A DNA stretch of 64,000 nucleotides from Candidatus Omnitrophota bacterium (GTDB lineage Bacteria; Omnitrophota; Gorgyraeia; Duberdicusellales; 4484-171). This document shows positions 55,709-64,000 of the stretch, one piece after another. The DNA is taken from positions 647 through 64,646 of the forward strand of contig JAIPHU010000005.1 in the NCBI GenBank assembly GCA_021735045.1. Direction: 5' to 3'. Position 1 is the stretch's first letter. The number at the start of each line of letters is the position of its first letter. The notes under the pieces are model-generated. The model was not told where the DNA came from, ran no database searches, and saw only the letters and a program-made list of their open reading frames with translations. A program made the position numbers and the translations under genes.

Positions 55709-56431
55709 TTATTTTTTTAAAAATGAGAGCATTTTTTTAACTGCTGGTGCCAATCCCAGAAAAATAGATTCGCAAATTATGGAATGGCCGATATTAAACT
55801 CTTGGATTTCATTTATTTCTACTATTTTTTTTATATTTTCATAGTCTAGCCCATGGCCAGCCGCAACAAAAAACTTTTTTTCTTTAGCAAATAAAGCTGC
55901 CCTTTTAATTCTTTCTAGTTCTTTTTTTTGTTTTTCTTTAGGAATCTTTTGAGAAAACTGGCCCGTATTAATCTCAACTATCTCAACCCCTAAATCTTTA
56001 GCTGCTTTTATTTGTTTTTTTATTGGGTCTATAAATAAACTAACTTTTATTTTTTTCTTCTTAAGCCGATTAACTGCTTTTTCAACTTTCTTATAGTTTT
56101 TAACTAAATCTATTCCGCCTTCAGTAGTTAGTTCTTTTCTGTTTTCAGGAACTAAAGTAGCCTGATCTGGTTTTAATGTTTCTGCCAGAGAAACTATAGA
56201 GGCTGCAATTGACATCTCTAAATTAAAAGGAATCTTTATAAGATCTTTAATCAAGAAAACATCCTCTTTTTGAATATGCCTCTGGTCTTTGCGCAGATGA
56301 GTAACTATTGAATCACAACCGGCTTTTTCAGCTATTACAGCAGCTGTAGCTGGATCCGGATAAGTAGTAAAACGAGCCTGGCGCAATGTAGCTACATGAT
56401 CAATATTTATTCCTAATTTAGTTCTTCTCAT
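55709..56431 (-). CDS. pdxJ: pyridoxine 5'-phosphate synthase
   Basis: 240 aa. N-terminal LGINIDHVATLRQAR is the PdxJ signature. Confidence 0.9.
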   Translation of the reverse strand: MRRTKLGINIDHVATLRQARFTTYPDPATAAVIAEKAGCDSIVTHLRKDQRHIQKEDVFLIKDLIKIPFNLEMSIAASIVSLAETLKPDQATLVPENRKELTTEGGIDLVKNYKKVEKAVNRLKKKKIKVSLFIDPIKKQIKAAKDLGVEIVEINTGQFSQKIPKEKQKKELERIKRAALFAKEKKFFVAAGHGLDYENIKKIVEINEIQEFNIGHSIICESIFLGLAPAVKKMLSFLKK

Positions 56432-56443
56432 TTTTACCTTATC

Positions 56444-56599
56444 CTAGATCTGAATACCTTGAGTAATCTCTCCGCTTACATAATACCAAACTATTACAGC
56501 TATCACCAAAGCCACCAACTTAAGCCAAAAATTATAAGTAACAGCCATTTTTAAATCAATCTTTTTTAACCATCTTTTAACTATTTTTATCCATTCCAT
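56444..56599 (-). CDS. 51-codon ORF resembling only the N-terminal membrane anchor of CdaR (YbbR); possible remnant
   Basis: Translated by hand: MEWIKIVKRWLKKIDLKMAVTYNFWLKLVALVIAVIVWYYVSGEITQGIQI. It has one TM helix with the N.W..K..AL..A...W..V pattern of CdaR N-termini and sits at the cdaR position 11 nt after the cdaA stop. No YbbR domains follow. Absent from the ORF track because it is under 60 aa. Confidence 0.3.
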   Translation of the reverse strand: MEWIKIVKRWLKKIDLKMAVTYNFWLKLVALVIAVIVWYYVSGEITQGIQI

Positions 56600-56610
56600 T
56601 ATATACCTGC

Positions 56611-57369
56611 TTAAGTTTTAGTTAACTGCCCTTTTAAAATAGTAAACAAATCATTAGGGCTTAGACGTCTAGTAAGTTGGCCCTCTATTGCTAAAGATAT
56701 TATTCCTGTTTCTTCAGAAACAACAATAACCACAGAATCAGCTGTCTCAGAAAGCCCCACCGCAGCCCGATGCCTCATCCCTAATGTCCTTTCTATATTG
56801 GGATTATCTGATAAAGGAAAAAGACAAGCCGCAGCCACAATCCTGGAACCTTCTATAATGACTCCTCCATCATGCAATGGAGCTGAGGGATAAAATATAT
56901 TCTGCACTAACTCCGAAGTTATATCTGCATCTAAGACAACCCCGCTTTCAGTATATTTTCTTAAACCCATCTCTCTTTTTATTGCAATTAAACCGCCTAT
57001 TTTCTTTCGAGAAAGAACACCTACAGAAGATACTATCTCTCTTAAAACCTGCTCCATCTTCTCAATTTGAGGCTCCATGTGAAAAATATGACGCCTACCT
57101 AATCGGATTAACCCTTCTCTTAGCTCAGGCTGAAAAATTATAGCTACAAGAATAAGAAAAAAAGCAAAAAGATAAGTGAGTATTCTAGTTAAAACCGGTA
57201 AACCTAAAAGCTGAAAGGCAAGTAAAGAAATTACCAAAACAATTATACCTCTTAAAAGATATACGGCTTTGGTTCCTTTCAAAAATAAAAATATCCTATA
57301 GATAACCATCCATAAGATTATTATCTCAAGAATCGACTTCCAATTAAGTATTTTAACTAAACTTGTCAT
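56611..57369 (-). CDS. cdaA: diadenylate cyclase CdaA (DisA_N / DAC domain)
   Basis: 252 aa. Three N-terminal TM helices, then a DAC domain with DGA (PLHDGGVII) and RHR (GMRHRAAVG) motifs. Confidence 0.9.
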   Translation of the reverse strand: MTSLVKILNWKSILEIIILWMVIYRIFLFLKGTKAVYLLRGIIVLVISLLAFQLLGLPVLTRILTYLFAFFLILVAIIFQPELREGLIRLGRRHIFHMEPQIEKMEQVLREIVSSVGVLSRKKIGGLIAIKREMGLRKYTESGVVLDADITSELVQNIFYPSAPLHDGGVIIEGSRIVAAACLFPLSDNPNIERTLGMRHRAAVGLSETADSVVIVVSEETGIISLAIEGQLTRRLSPNDLFTILKGQLTKT

Positions 57370-58580
57370 TTTTTTACCAATGCAGAAAAAAGTTTAATGG
57401 CGTCTTTTGTCTGGCCCACATCATGAACCCTTAAAATATTAGCTCCTTTAGTTAATGCAAATATCTGAGCTGCAATAGTAGCCCCTAGCCGTTGTGCTGG
57501 GCCTTTTTTAATTATATCACCGATAAAAGATTTACGCGACAACCCAATAAAAATTGGTACTCCTAAAGCTTTAAATTGATATAAATTATTTATTATATCT
57601 AAATTATGTTTTTTTGACTTTCCAAATCCAATGCCCGGGTCGATAAAAATTTGGTTTTTATCTATTCCTTTTTTTTGACAATAGTCTATTCTTTTTCTTA
57701 AAAAATCCCCTATCTCTTGGCTAACTTGATTATAACTAGGATTAACCTGCATAGTCTGAGGATTCCCCTGCATATGCATAAGCACACAGCCTAAATTATA
57801 TTTTTTTATCAAAGAAGTTATTTTATTGCTTTTTAGGGCGGTAATATCATTTATAATATCAGCCCCTGCTTCAACAGCTGCTTTGGCTACTTTAGGCTTA
57901 TAGGTATCAACTGAAATAATTAAACTCTTAAACTCTTTCCTAACGGCTTTGAGCACCGGGATAAGCCTGTTTATTTCTTCCTGGGGTTTTATTCTCCTAG
58001 AAAATGGCCGAGTTGATTCTGCACCAAAGTCGATAATCTTAGCGCCATCTTTAACCATCACAGAAACTTTATCTAAGGCTAACTTTTTTAAGCCAAGAGA
58101 AGGCTGATCTGCCTTAGATAACAGGCCATCGCCAGAGAAAGAATCTTTGGTAATATTTACTATTCCACAAATAATCGGTTTATTTATTCGTAAACTTTTA
58201 TCTCTAGCTCTATAGTTATAACTAGTTTTTTCGCTATTTTCTAAACTTTCTGATAATTGCTTAGATAATATTTTTAATCTTTTAGTCTGATTTTTTAATT
58301 TTTGACAAAGCTTCTTTAACTGGCTAATACTGCCAAAAAGCAACACGCCTGTTTCAATATCTTTAATCAAAGCATTTCTTTCTACAGCTGCATCAGAACC
58401 AAGAGAAAGTAGATGCTGTTTTAATATATTAGCTTCCCAGGATCTTATTCCTTGAACCTTAAAACTTCTAAATACAGACTTAGGACTCAGTATCTTAGTA
58501 CCTTCTTTAGTTACCCCTAAAGAAAGAATTGCTTTCTTTGCTTCTTTTTGATTGTCTAAAGTTAATGGAACTACATTCAT
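57366..58580 (-). CDS. folP: dihydropteroate synthase with ~125-aa N-terminal extension of unknown function
   Basis: The Pterin_bind core starts around IICGIVNITKDSFSGDG and has the conserved DHPS N-terminal motif. The preceding ~125 aa carry no HPPK or FolB motifs. Start overlaps the ftsH-side operon. Confidence 0.85.
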   Translation of the reverse strand: MNVVPLTLDNQKEAKKAILSLGVTKEGTKILSPKSVFRSFKVQGIRSWEANILKQHLLSLGSDAAVERNALIKDIETGVLLFGSISQLKKLCQKLKNQTKRLKILSKQLSESLENSEKTSYNYRARDKSLRINKPIICGIVNITKDSFSGDGLLSKADQPSLGLKKLALDKVSVMVKDGAKIIDFGAESTRPFSRRIKPQEEINRLIPVLKAVRKEFKSLIISVDTYKPKVAKAAVEAGADIINDITALKSNKITSLIKKYNLGCVLMHMQGNPQTMQVNPSYNQVSQEIGDFLRKRIDYCQKKGIDKNQIFIDPGIGFGKSKKHNLDIINNLYQFKALGVPIFIGLSRKSFIGDIIKKGPAQRLGATIAAQIFALTKGANILRVHDVGQTKDAIKLFSALVKK

Positions 58581-58616
58581 TTAGGTTAAGGAAAGATAAA
58601 TATAGTTAAATATTTT

Positions 58617-60503
58617 TTATGAAGCTGAGTCTTTTTCTTTTTGTTTAGATAAACCAACTATTTTTTTAAACTCTTGAGCCCCGAGTACTTCTTTATCTAA
58701 TAAAACATCTACAAGCTTAGCTAAATCTTTTTTATTATCTTGAATAATTTTTTTGGCTCGGAGATAACATTCATCCACAATTCGTTTTACCTCTTGATCG
58801 ACAATCCGGGCAGTTTCCTCGCTGTAATCTTTTTCTTTCATCATATCCCTGCCTAAAAATACAGGGCCATGGCTTTTGCCTAAAGTATAGTTACCCAGCT
58901 TATCGCTCATCCCATAGTCACAAACCATCTTGCGAGCTAACTTTGTTACTGCTACCAAATCACTCATTGCTCCGGTTGTAATATCATCTAAGTTCACTTC
59001 CTCAGAGGCTCTACCTCCTAAAGCAACGGTAATTTCGCCCATAAGCTGCTTTTTTGATTTATAGCTTCTGTCTTCTTGAGGTGGGATAAAAGTATAACCC
59101 CCAGCCATGCCTCGGGGAATAATTGATACTTTTGCCATAGAATCAACTTCTGGAATAACAAGGGAAACTAAAGCATGGCCGCCTTCATGAAAAGCAGTTA
59201 TCTTTTTTTCTTTTTCTGACATTACCCGGCTTTTTCTCTCCGGCCCCATCATTACTCTCTCAATCGCTTCTTCAAGCTCTTTCTGAGTTACGGATTTCTT
59301 ATTTCTGCGTGCAGCTAGTAAAGCTGCTTCATTACAGAGATTTTCTAAGTCAGCCCCGGAGAAGCCAGGTGTTCTTTTAGCAACTTCTTCCAGATTTACT
59401 TGAGAGGATAAGTTTATTTTTTTAGTATGCACTTTTAAGATTCCTTCTCTCCCCTTTATATCCGGTGCACTAATGACAATTTGACGGTCAAACCGGCCCG
59501 GCCTAAGCAAAGCAGGATCTAATACATCAGGGCGGTTTGTAGCAGCTATGATTATAACCCCTGTTTCGGTTTTAAATCCATCCATCTCAGATAAAAGTTG
59601 ATTTAGGGTTTGTTCTCTTTCGTCATGTCCTCCGCCTAAACCAGCAAAGCGTTGTCTGCCAACCGCATCAATTTCATCAATAAAAATAATACAGCCTTTA
59701 TTCTCAGATTTAGCTGCTTTTTTAGCTTGATCAAACAAAGACCTAACCCGAGATGCCCCTACTCCAACAAACATCTCCACAAAATCAGATCCTCCTATTG
59801 AAAAAAATGGCACTTCTGCTTCACCGGATACAGCCTTAGCGAGCAAAGTCTTACCACAACCAGGAGGGCCCATAAGAAGAACTCCTTTAGGGAATCTGCC
59901 GCCAAGCCGCTGAAACTTCTTAGGGTCTTTTAAAAACTCAACTACTTCCTGCAACTCTTCTTTTGCCTCATCAATTCCAGCTACATCGCTGAAAGTAACT
60001 TTTTTAGCTCTATTTTTATCCAAAATAGCGTGTTTTGACTTACCAAAACCCCAAATTTGTGAACCCATTTGATTTCCCTTACGAGAAAAGTACCATAAAA
60101 ACAAAATAAAAATAAGCATCGGCCCAAAGAAGTAAAGAAAGTTAGTAAAAGCAGTGCTGGCAGGCTCAATCTCAAAATTATCTACATTTTGCCGCATCAA
60201 AGAGATAATCTCTTTATTTTCTTTAGGGATATACACATAAAAATATTTCTGGCCTTGGGGCTGATTGAACTGTCCTTGGACAAGATTTTCTTTTAAAGTA
60301 ATTGACTCTATTTGATTGGTTTCAGGGTTATTTTTAACTAAATAGTAAAATTCAGGATATTTTAATTTTTTAGCAAATCCCCCCATATTAGCCCCAAAGA
60401 GGTTAGCTAACCAGATAACAGCCATAAATATAATAATTATATATAGAGCTCGGCGGAAAAAATTAGGATTAGGTTGTTTTTTCTTGTTCTTTTTTGGTTT
60501 CAT
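58617..60503 (-). CDS. ftsH: ATP-dependent zinc metalloprotease FtsH
   Basis: 628 aa. Two N-terminal TM helices, AAA+ Walker [12 protein letters not shown], and zinc-binding HEGGHAL. Confidence 0.95.
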   Translation of the reverse strand: MKPKKNKKKQPNPNFFRRALYIIIIFMAVIWLANLFGANMGGFAKKLKYPEFYYLVKNNPETNQIESITLKENLVQGQFNQPQGQKYFYVYIPKENKEIISLMRQNVDNFEIEPASTAFTNFLYFFGPMLIFILFLWYFSRKGNQMGSQIWGFGKSKHAILDKNRAKKVTFSDVAGIDEAKEELQEVVEFLKDPKKFQRLGGRFPKGVLLMGPPGCGKTLLAKAVSGEAEVPFFSIGGSDFVEMFVGVGASRVRSLFDQAKKAAKSENKGCIIFIDEIDAVGRQRFAGLGGGHDEREQTLNQLLSEMDGFKTETGVIIIAATNRPDVLDPALLRPGRFDRQIVISAPDIKGREGILKVHTKKINLSSQVNLEEVAKRTPGFSGADLENLCNEAALLAARRNKKSVTQKELEEAIERVMMGPERKSRVMSEKEKKITAFHEGGHALVSLVIPEVDSMAKVSIIPRGMAGGYTFIPPQEDRSYKSKKQLMGEITVALGGRASEEVNLDDITTGAMSDLVAVTKLARKMVCDYGMSDKLGNYTLGKSHGPVFLGRDMMKEKDYSEETARIVDQEVKRIVDECYLRAKKIIQDNKKDLAKLVDVLLDKEVLGAQEFKKIVGLSKQKEKDSAS

Positions 60504-60527
60504 TGATAGCTATTATACTTGCATTAG

Positions 60528-61523
60528 TTACAAAATCAAGGGCTGAATCGAAACAGCCTTTTTTTCTTTTTTTATCACAACTTTGGGTAAGTGGATACTA
60601 GCCTGGTCCCGGCCTTCTAAAACCAATTTTTTTACCTCAGCCAGATGGGCCTGATCTATTCGGCGGGTATCCCCCTTTATTTGTTCAATAGCAATTCTTA
60701 TTACATTATTAAAAATAGCCGGATGCAGTTCTCTTAGGCCTTTTAAATCAAGAGATAAACCTCTCCCTGATTTTTTTTGCCGAAGACGCCTAAACTCACG
60801 CTCAGAGAAATTATAGATAAAATCATAATCAAGGCCAGTATTAACTGCTAGATCAGATAACCTGTCTGTAATAGATTCATTGATGGCTTCAAGCTGTGGC
60901 AGAAGTTTAATTCTTATCTTATTTCGGAGAAACTTTATGCTTCGATTGCTCTTGTCTAGGCAAAAAGAGATATTTTTTTTATCTAACCAGTTTAAAATTT
61001 GATCTTTTTCTAAATCAATAAAAGGCCTAACCACAGTTAAGCTCTTAAAATTAGACTTAGGCAAAAACCCTCGTAACCCTTTTAAACCTGTACCTCTTAT
61101 TATCCGCATTAAAACAGTTTCAGCTAAATCATCTTTATGATGAGCCAAAGCAAGTTTTTTTATTTTTGTTTGGCGAGAAACTTTTAGGAAAAAATCAAAA
61201 CGTAACTTCCGAGCAGTTTGCTCTAAAGAGTCTCCGGTAAAGAAATCATTTACCATCTTTTTTTCGCTAATAAACTCTATCTCTAACCTTTTACATAAAT
61301 CTCTAATAAACTTTTCTTCCCGGTCGCTCTCTTCTCTTAGGCCATGATTAAAATGAACACAAATAATTTTAAGTTTATACTTTTTTTCTAAACTTATAAA
61401 ACTGTAAAGTAAAGCTATCGAGTCAGGGCCACCCGATACACCTAATAAAACCTTATCTTTTCTTTTAAGAAGGTCATATTCATTTATTGTTTTTAGCAAA
61501 GTTTTTTTCAACATATCTACCAA
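60528..61523 (-). CDS. tilS: tRNA(Ile)-lysidine synthetase
   Basis: 331 aa. PP-loop motif LGVSGGPDS. Conserved linkage tilS-ftsH. Confidence 0.85.
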   Translation of the reverse strand: MVDMLKKTLLKTINEYDLLKRKDKVLLGVSGGPDSIALLYSFISLEKKYKLKIICVHFNHGLREESDREEKFIRDLCKRLEIEFISEKKMVNDFFTGDSLEQTARKLRFDFFLKVSRQTKIKKLALAHHKDDLAETVLMRIIRGTGLKGLRGFLPKSNFKSLTVVRPFIDLEKDQILNWLDKKNISFCLDKSNRSIKFLRNKIRIKLLPQLEAINESITDRLSDLAVNTGLDYDFIYNFSEREFRRLRQKKSGRGLSLDLKGLRELHPAIFNNVIRIAIEQIKGDTRRIDQAHLAEVKKLVLEGRDQASIHLPKVVIKKEKKAVSIQPLIL

Positions 61524-61543
61524 AATAAATACTCCTTAACTAA

Positions 61544-62161
61544 CTATTTTTTTGAAACAAACCTATTTTCCTTTATATAATAACGCAAAGGTAAATCTTT
61601 TGACTCTGTTGCATAATCTATACCTACTCTATTTGTCTCCACAATATCAAAGTTTTTTTTCTTTTTCTGCAAAATATAAATTTTATCTGAATATATCTTC
61701 TTACCTAAAAACTTTTTATCTATTCCAAATGCTTCTGTCCAACGACAAGGGCCATTAGTTAAATTTTTTTTGCCCTTACCTCTTCTTCTTTTCATCTGGT
61801 CTATGCCTTCGATAGGTTCTAGAGCCCGGATAAAGACTCCTTGAGGATTGGTTTTAGACGAGGTAACTATATTAAAACACCAATATAGGCCGTAGATCAA
61901 ATAAACATAAATTATACCACCCTGATGATATAAGATTTCATTTCGAGCGGTCCTTCGGCCAGAAAAACTATGCGATGCATCATCACCCAAACCCAGATAG
62001 CTTTCAGACTCAACTATCCGGCCAACTAAAAAATGTTTTCTTTTTTTTAATACTAAAAAATCTCCAAGAATGTTTTTTGCAACATATTTTGCATCTTTTA
62101 GAAAAAAACTTTTCTTTCTTTTCTTAGCTTTTTTAAAATTAAAGTTCGTTCCAACCATCAA
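61544..62161 (-). CDS. mpg: DNA-3-methyladenine glycosylase (Mpg/AAG family)
   Basis: 205 aa. The GRIVESESYLG...DASHSFSGRRTARNEILY...GIIYVYLIYGLYWCFNIV pattern matches the Mpg family. Confidence 0.8.
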   Translation of the reverse strand: MMVGTNFNFKKAKKRKKSFFLKDAKYVAKNILGDFLVLKKRKHFLVGRIVESESYLGLGDDASHSFSGRRTARNEILYHQGGIIYVYLIYGLYWCFNIVTSSKTNPQGVFIRALEPIEGIDQMKRRRGKGKKNLTNGPCRWTEAFGIDKKFLGKKIYSDKIYILQKKKKNFDIVETNRVGIDYATESKDLPLRYYIKENRFVSKK

Positions 62162-62462
62162 CCTTTTCTCTATAAAATATTATTTCTAACTTCTTGTCTT
62201 CATATCTCCAAATTTCATTTCCTTCTAAGCTTGTAGTTATCTTATCTGGATACCCAAGTGACGCTATAACTTCCTTCTTGCTATATCCTTGAATTATTAC
62301 TTCTTTTCTTTTAGTAAGATAATAATCTTTTTTAATTTCCCCTTCTCCTATACCTTGTTTTATATCTAGCCCAAAAGCACCTTCTTTTTTGCCTGTATAG
62401 TCACGCATCTGCACACAAGCTGACAGAAACAGGACTAAAGTAGTAAAAAGTAATAGTTTCAT
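62139..62462 (-). CDS. small lipoprotein, uncharacterised
   Basis: 107 aa. Signal peptide with lipobox LSAC. Confidence 0.4.
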   Translation of the reverse strand: MKLLLFTTLVLFLSACVQMRDYTGKKEGAFGLDIKQGIGEGEIKKDYYLTKRKEVIIQGYSKKEVIASLGYPDKITTSLEGNEIWRYEDKKLEIIFYREKVDGWNEL

Positions 62463-63118
62463 TATTTTTTCTCTCTGGGTCCAAAAATAGCTGTGCCAAT
62501 TCTTACGATATTGGCTCCTTCTTCAACTGCTATTTTGTATGAAGAACTCATCCCCATCGAAAGATACCGCCAATGGTTATCTTGATATTTATCCTCTAAC
62601 TTATCAAATACCTTTTTTGTCTGCCTAAAATATGGCCTGGCTTCTTCAGGATTTTTGGCAAAAGGGCCCATAGTCATCAGGCCACAAACTTTAAGATAAG
62701 AGAGTTGGTCTAGCTCTTCTTTAAACTTGATAACTTCTTCTGGAGTTATCCCAAATTTTTGCGCCTCAGAAGCAGAGTTAACTTCAATTAAAACCGGCAT
62801 AACTTTGTTTATCCTTTTACATTCTTTATTTATAACTTCTGCCAACTTCAATGAATCAAGTGTCTCAATCAAATCAAAGATCTTAACTGCCTTGCGTACT
62901 TTATTTTTTTGGAGATGGCCGATAAAGTGCCATTTAACTCTAGATCCAATACTATTATAGTGAAGTTTAGCTTGCTTAAGATAGTTTTCTCCTATAATCT
63001 TTACTCCAGATTCAATCGTTTGCCCTATCTCTTCTGAGGTTCGATCTTTTGCAGCTGCAACTAACTCTACCTGCTTAGGTAGAGTTTGTAGTATTTTTTT
63101 TGTTTTTTCTTTAATCAT
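62462..63118 (-). CDS. yggS: YggS-family pyridoxal phosphate homeostasis protein
   Basis: 218 aa. Alanine-racemase-N-like TIM barrel with a conserved PLP-lysine region (VELVAAAKDRT) and the C-terminal RIGTAIFG motif. Confidence 0.85.
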   Translation of the reverse strand: MIKEKTKKILQTLPKQVELVAAAKDRTSEEIGQTIESGVKIIGENYLKQAKLHYNSIGSRVKWHFIGHLQKNKVRKAVKIFDLIETLDSLKLAEVINKECKRINKVMPVLIEVNSASEAQKFGITPEEVIKFKEELDQLSYLKVCGLMTMGPFAKNPEEARPYFRQTKKVFDKLEDKYQDNHWRYLSMGMSSSYKIAVEEGANIVRIGTAIFGPREKK

Positions 63119-64000
63119 TAATTAAAAAATATTTGTTATCCTTTTCTATTTTTGCTTTAATTTTTTCTTCTTCTAAAAGTTTAGCCAAATATTTTAATAA
63201 CTCACTAATATTTATACCCAAAGAACTACTTAAATCATCACTTGTAGCCGGGCGCCTTTTTAGATAATTAAGAATTTCTTCTTCTTTTATATCTGCCTGC
63301 TTTGGCCTTTTATCTTTAGGAAAAGTTGCTACTACTTCAACCTCTTGGCCGATAATGCTTTTTATCTTGGCTATCTGCCTTGAGTCAGGAACTAAAACTT
63401 CTTCCGTTGATGGCCGAACCGGAAGATTAAGCTGAACTTTATCCGGTTTAATTCTTTTGATAATTTTTCTAAACTTATCTGCTGCTTCTAGGCTATCGTT
63501 TACTCCCTTAACAAGCATTATCTCTAACCAGATTTTTCCTTTAAATTCTTTTCTCAATTGAATACATCCCTTTTTTATCTTATAAAAATTTATTTTAGGA
63601 TGAGGCCGGTTAATTTTTTTAAAAATCTTGGCAGAAGGTGCATCCAAAGAAGGAACAATCAAATCAGCCTCCATCAGTTGATCCCTTACTTTTTTTCGAT
63701 GTAGGAGAGAAGAATTGGTTATTACCGCTACCGGATACCTGTATTCACTGATCTCTTTTATGACTTTAATGACTTTAGCTAAATCTTTATGTAAAGTTGG
63801 TTCTCCTGATCCTGATAAAGTAATATAATCAATTTTTGGATTTTTAGCTAAAATAGTTTTAAGTTCTTGCTTAAATTGGGCAAGATCTATATAAAAAACC
63901 CTTTTTATTTTTGGTTGAGTAACTACTCCTAACTGGCAATAAATACAATTAAAAGTACAAGTTTTTTTAGGAGTCAAATCAACCCCTAAAGAAAAACCTA
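63111..64000 (-). CDS. radical SAM domain protein (N-terminus runs off the window end)
   Basis: CxxxCxxC cluster CTFNCIYCQ near the N-terminus. The frame stays open upstream of the TTG the ORF track uses (...GFSLGVDLTPKKTC...) all the way to the window edge. The C-terminus is winged-helix-like. Confidence 0.6.
   Translation of the reverse strand, partial: GFSLGVDLTPKKTCTFNCIYCQLGVVTQPKIKRVFYIDLAQFKQELKTILAKNPKIDYITLSGSGEPTLHKDLAKVIKVIKEISEYRYPVAVITNSSLLHRKKVRDQLMEADLIVPSLDAPSAKIFKKINRPHPKINFYKIKKGCIQLRKEFKGKIWLEIMLVKGVNDSLEAADKFRKIIKRIKPDKVQLNLPVRPSTEEVLVPDSRQIAKIKSIIGQEVEVVATFPKDKRPKQADIKEEEILNYLKRRPATSDDLSSSLGINISELLKYLAKLLEEEKIKAKIEKDNKYFLIND

Noticed and set aside
1-64000. CRISPR arrays, integrases, transposases, restriction-modification or other recognisable multi-gene defence systems
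   Set aside because: Reading both strands, I found no spaced direct-repeat arrays and no recombinase-like, RT-like or nuclease-NTPase gene pairs. Apart from the TA islet, all protein genes fit housekeeping families.

Overview
This is an AT-rich bacterial chromosomal segment. Genes are densely packed, mostly on the minus strand, and almost all are housekeeping. The envelope genes (lptF/lptG, lptE-like, bamD-like, lpxL-family, lnt, murJ) indicate a diderm, LPS-containing organism; I cannot assign a lineage from sequence alone.

Several conserved linkages support the calls: argC-argJ-argB; tsaB-tsaE-mtnA-tatD-metG-ricT-holB; nrdJ; secA-prfB; leuS...lptE-holA with comEA-comEC; hom-thrC-argS-recJ; and tilS-ftsH-folP-cdaA. 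DNA-uptake/competence genes are present but scattered: comFC, comEA, comEC and an orphan pilT.

From the raw sequence I found six tRNAs: Ala(GGC), Leu(CAA), Pro(GGG), and a Thr(UGU)-Tyr(GUA)-Gly(UCC) cluster.

The only clear accessory DNA is a ~0.9-kb islet between comEC and bamD. It carries a yefM-yoeB type II toxin-antitoxin pair with an E. coli-like operator, a GC-rich structured 3'UTR element, and near-identical hairpin direct repeats at both ends.

The most unusual signal is non-coding. A ~150-nt module lies immediately upstream of both tRNA-Ala and tRNA-Pro. It is conserved but carries compensatory stem changes, and each copy has an outer and an inner sigma70-like promoter.

Other oddities:
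- Consensus promoters placed so that transcription would start at the start codon (argC, comF, the 886-aa outer-membrane protein).
- A short UvrC lacking the C-terminal HhH domain.
- FolP with a ~125-aa N-terminal extension.
- A 51-codon remnant resembling only the membrane anchor of CdaR.
- A membrane-anchored coiled-coil protein paired with a large, uncharacterised outer-membrane beta-barrel protein.

I found no CRISPR array, integrase, transposase or recognisable multi-gene defence system.
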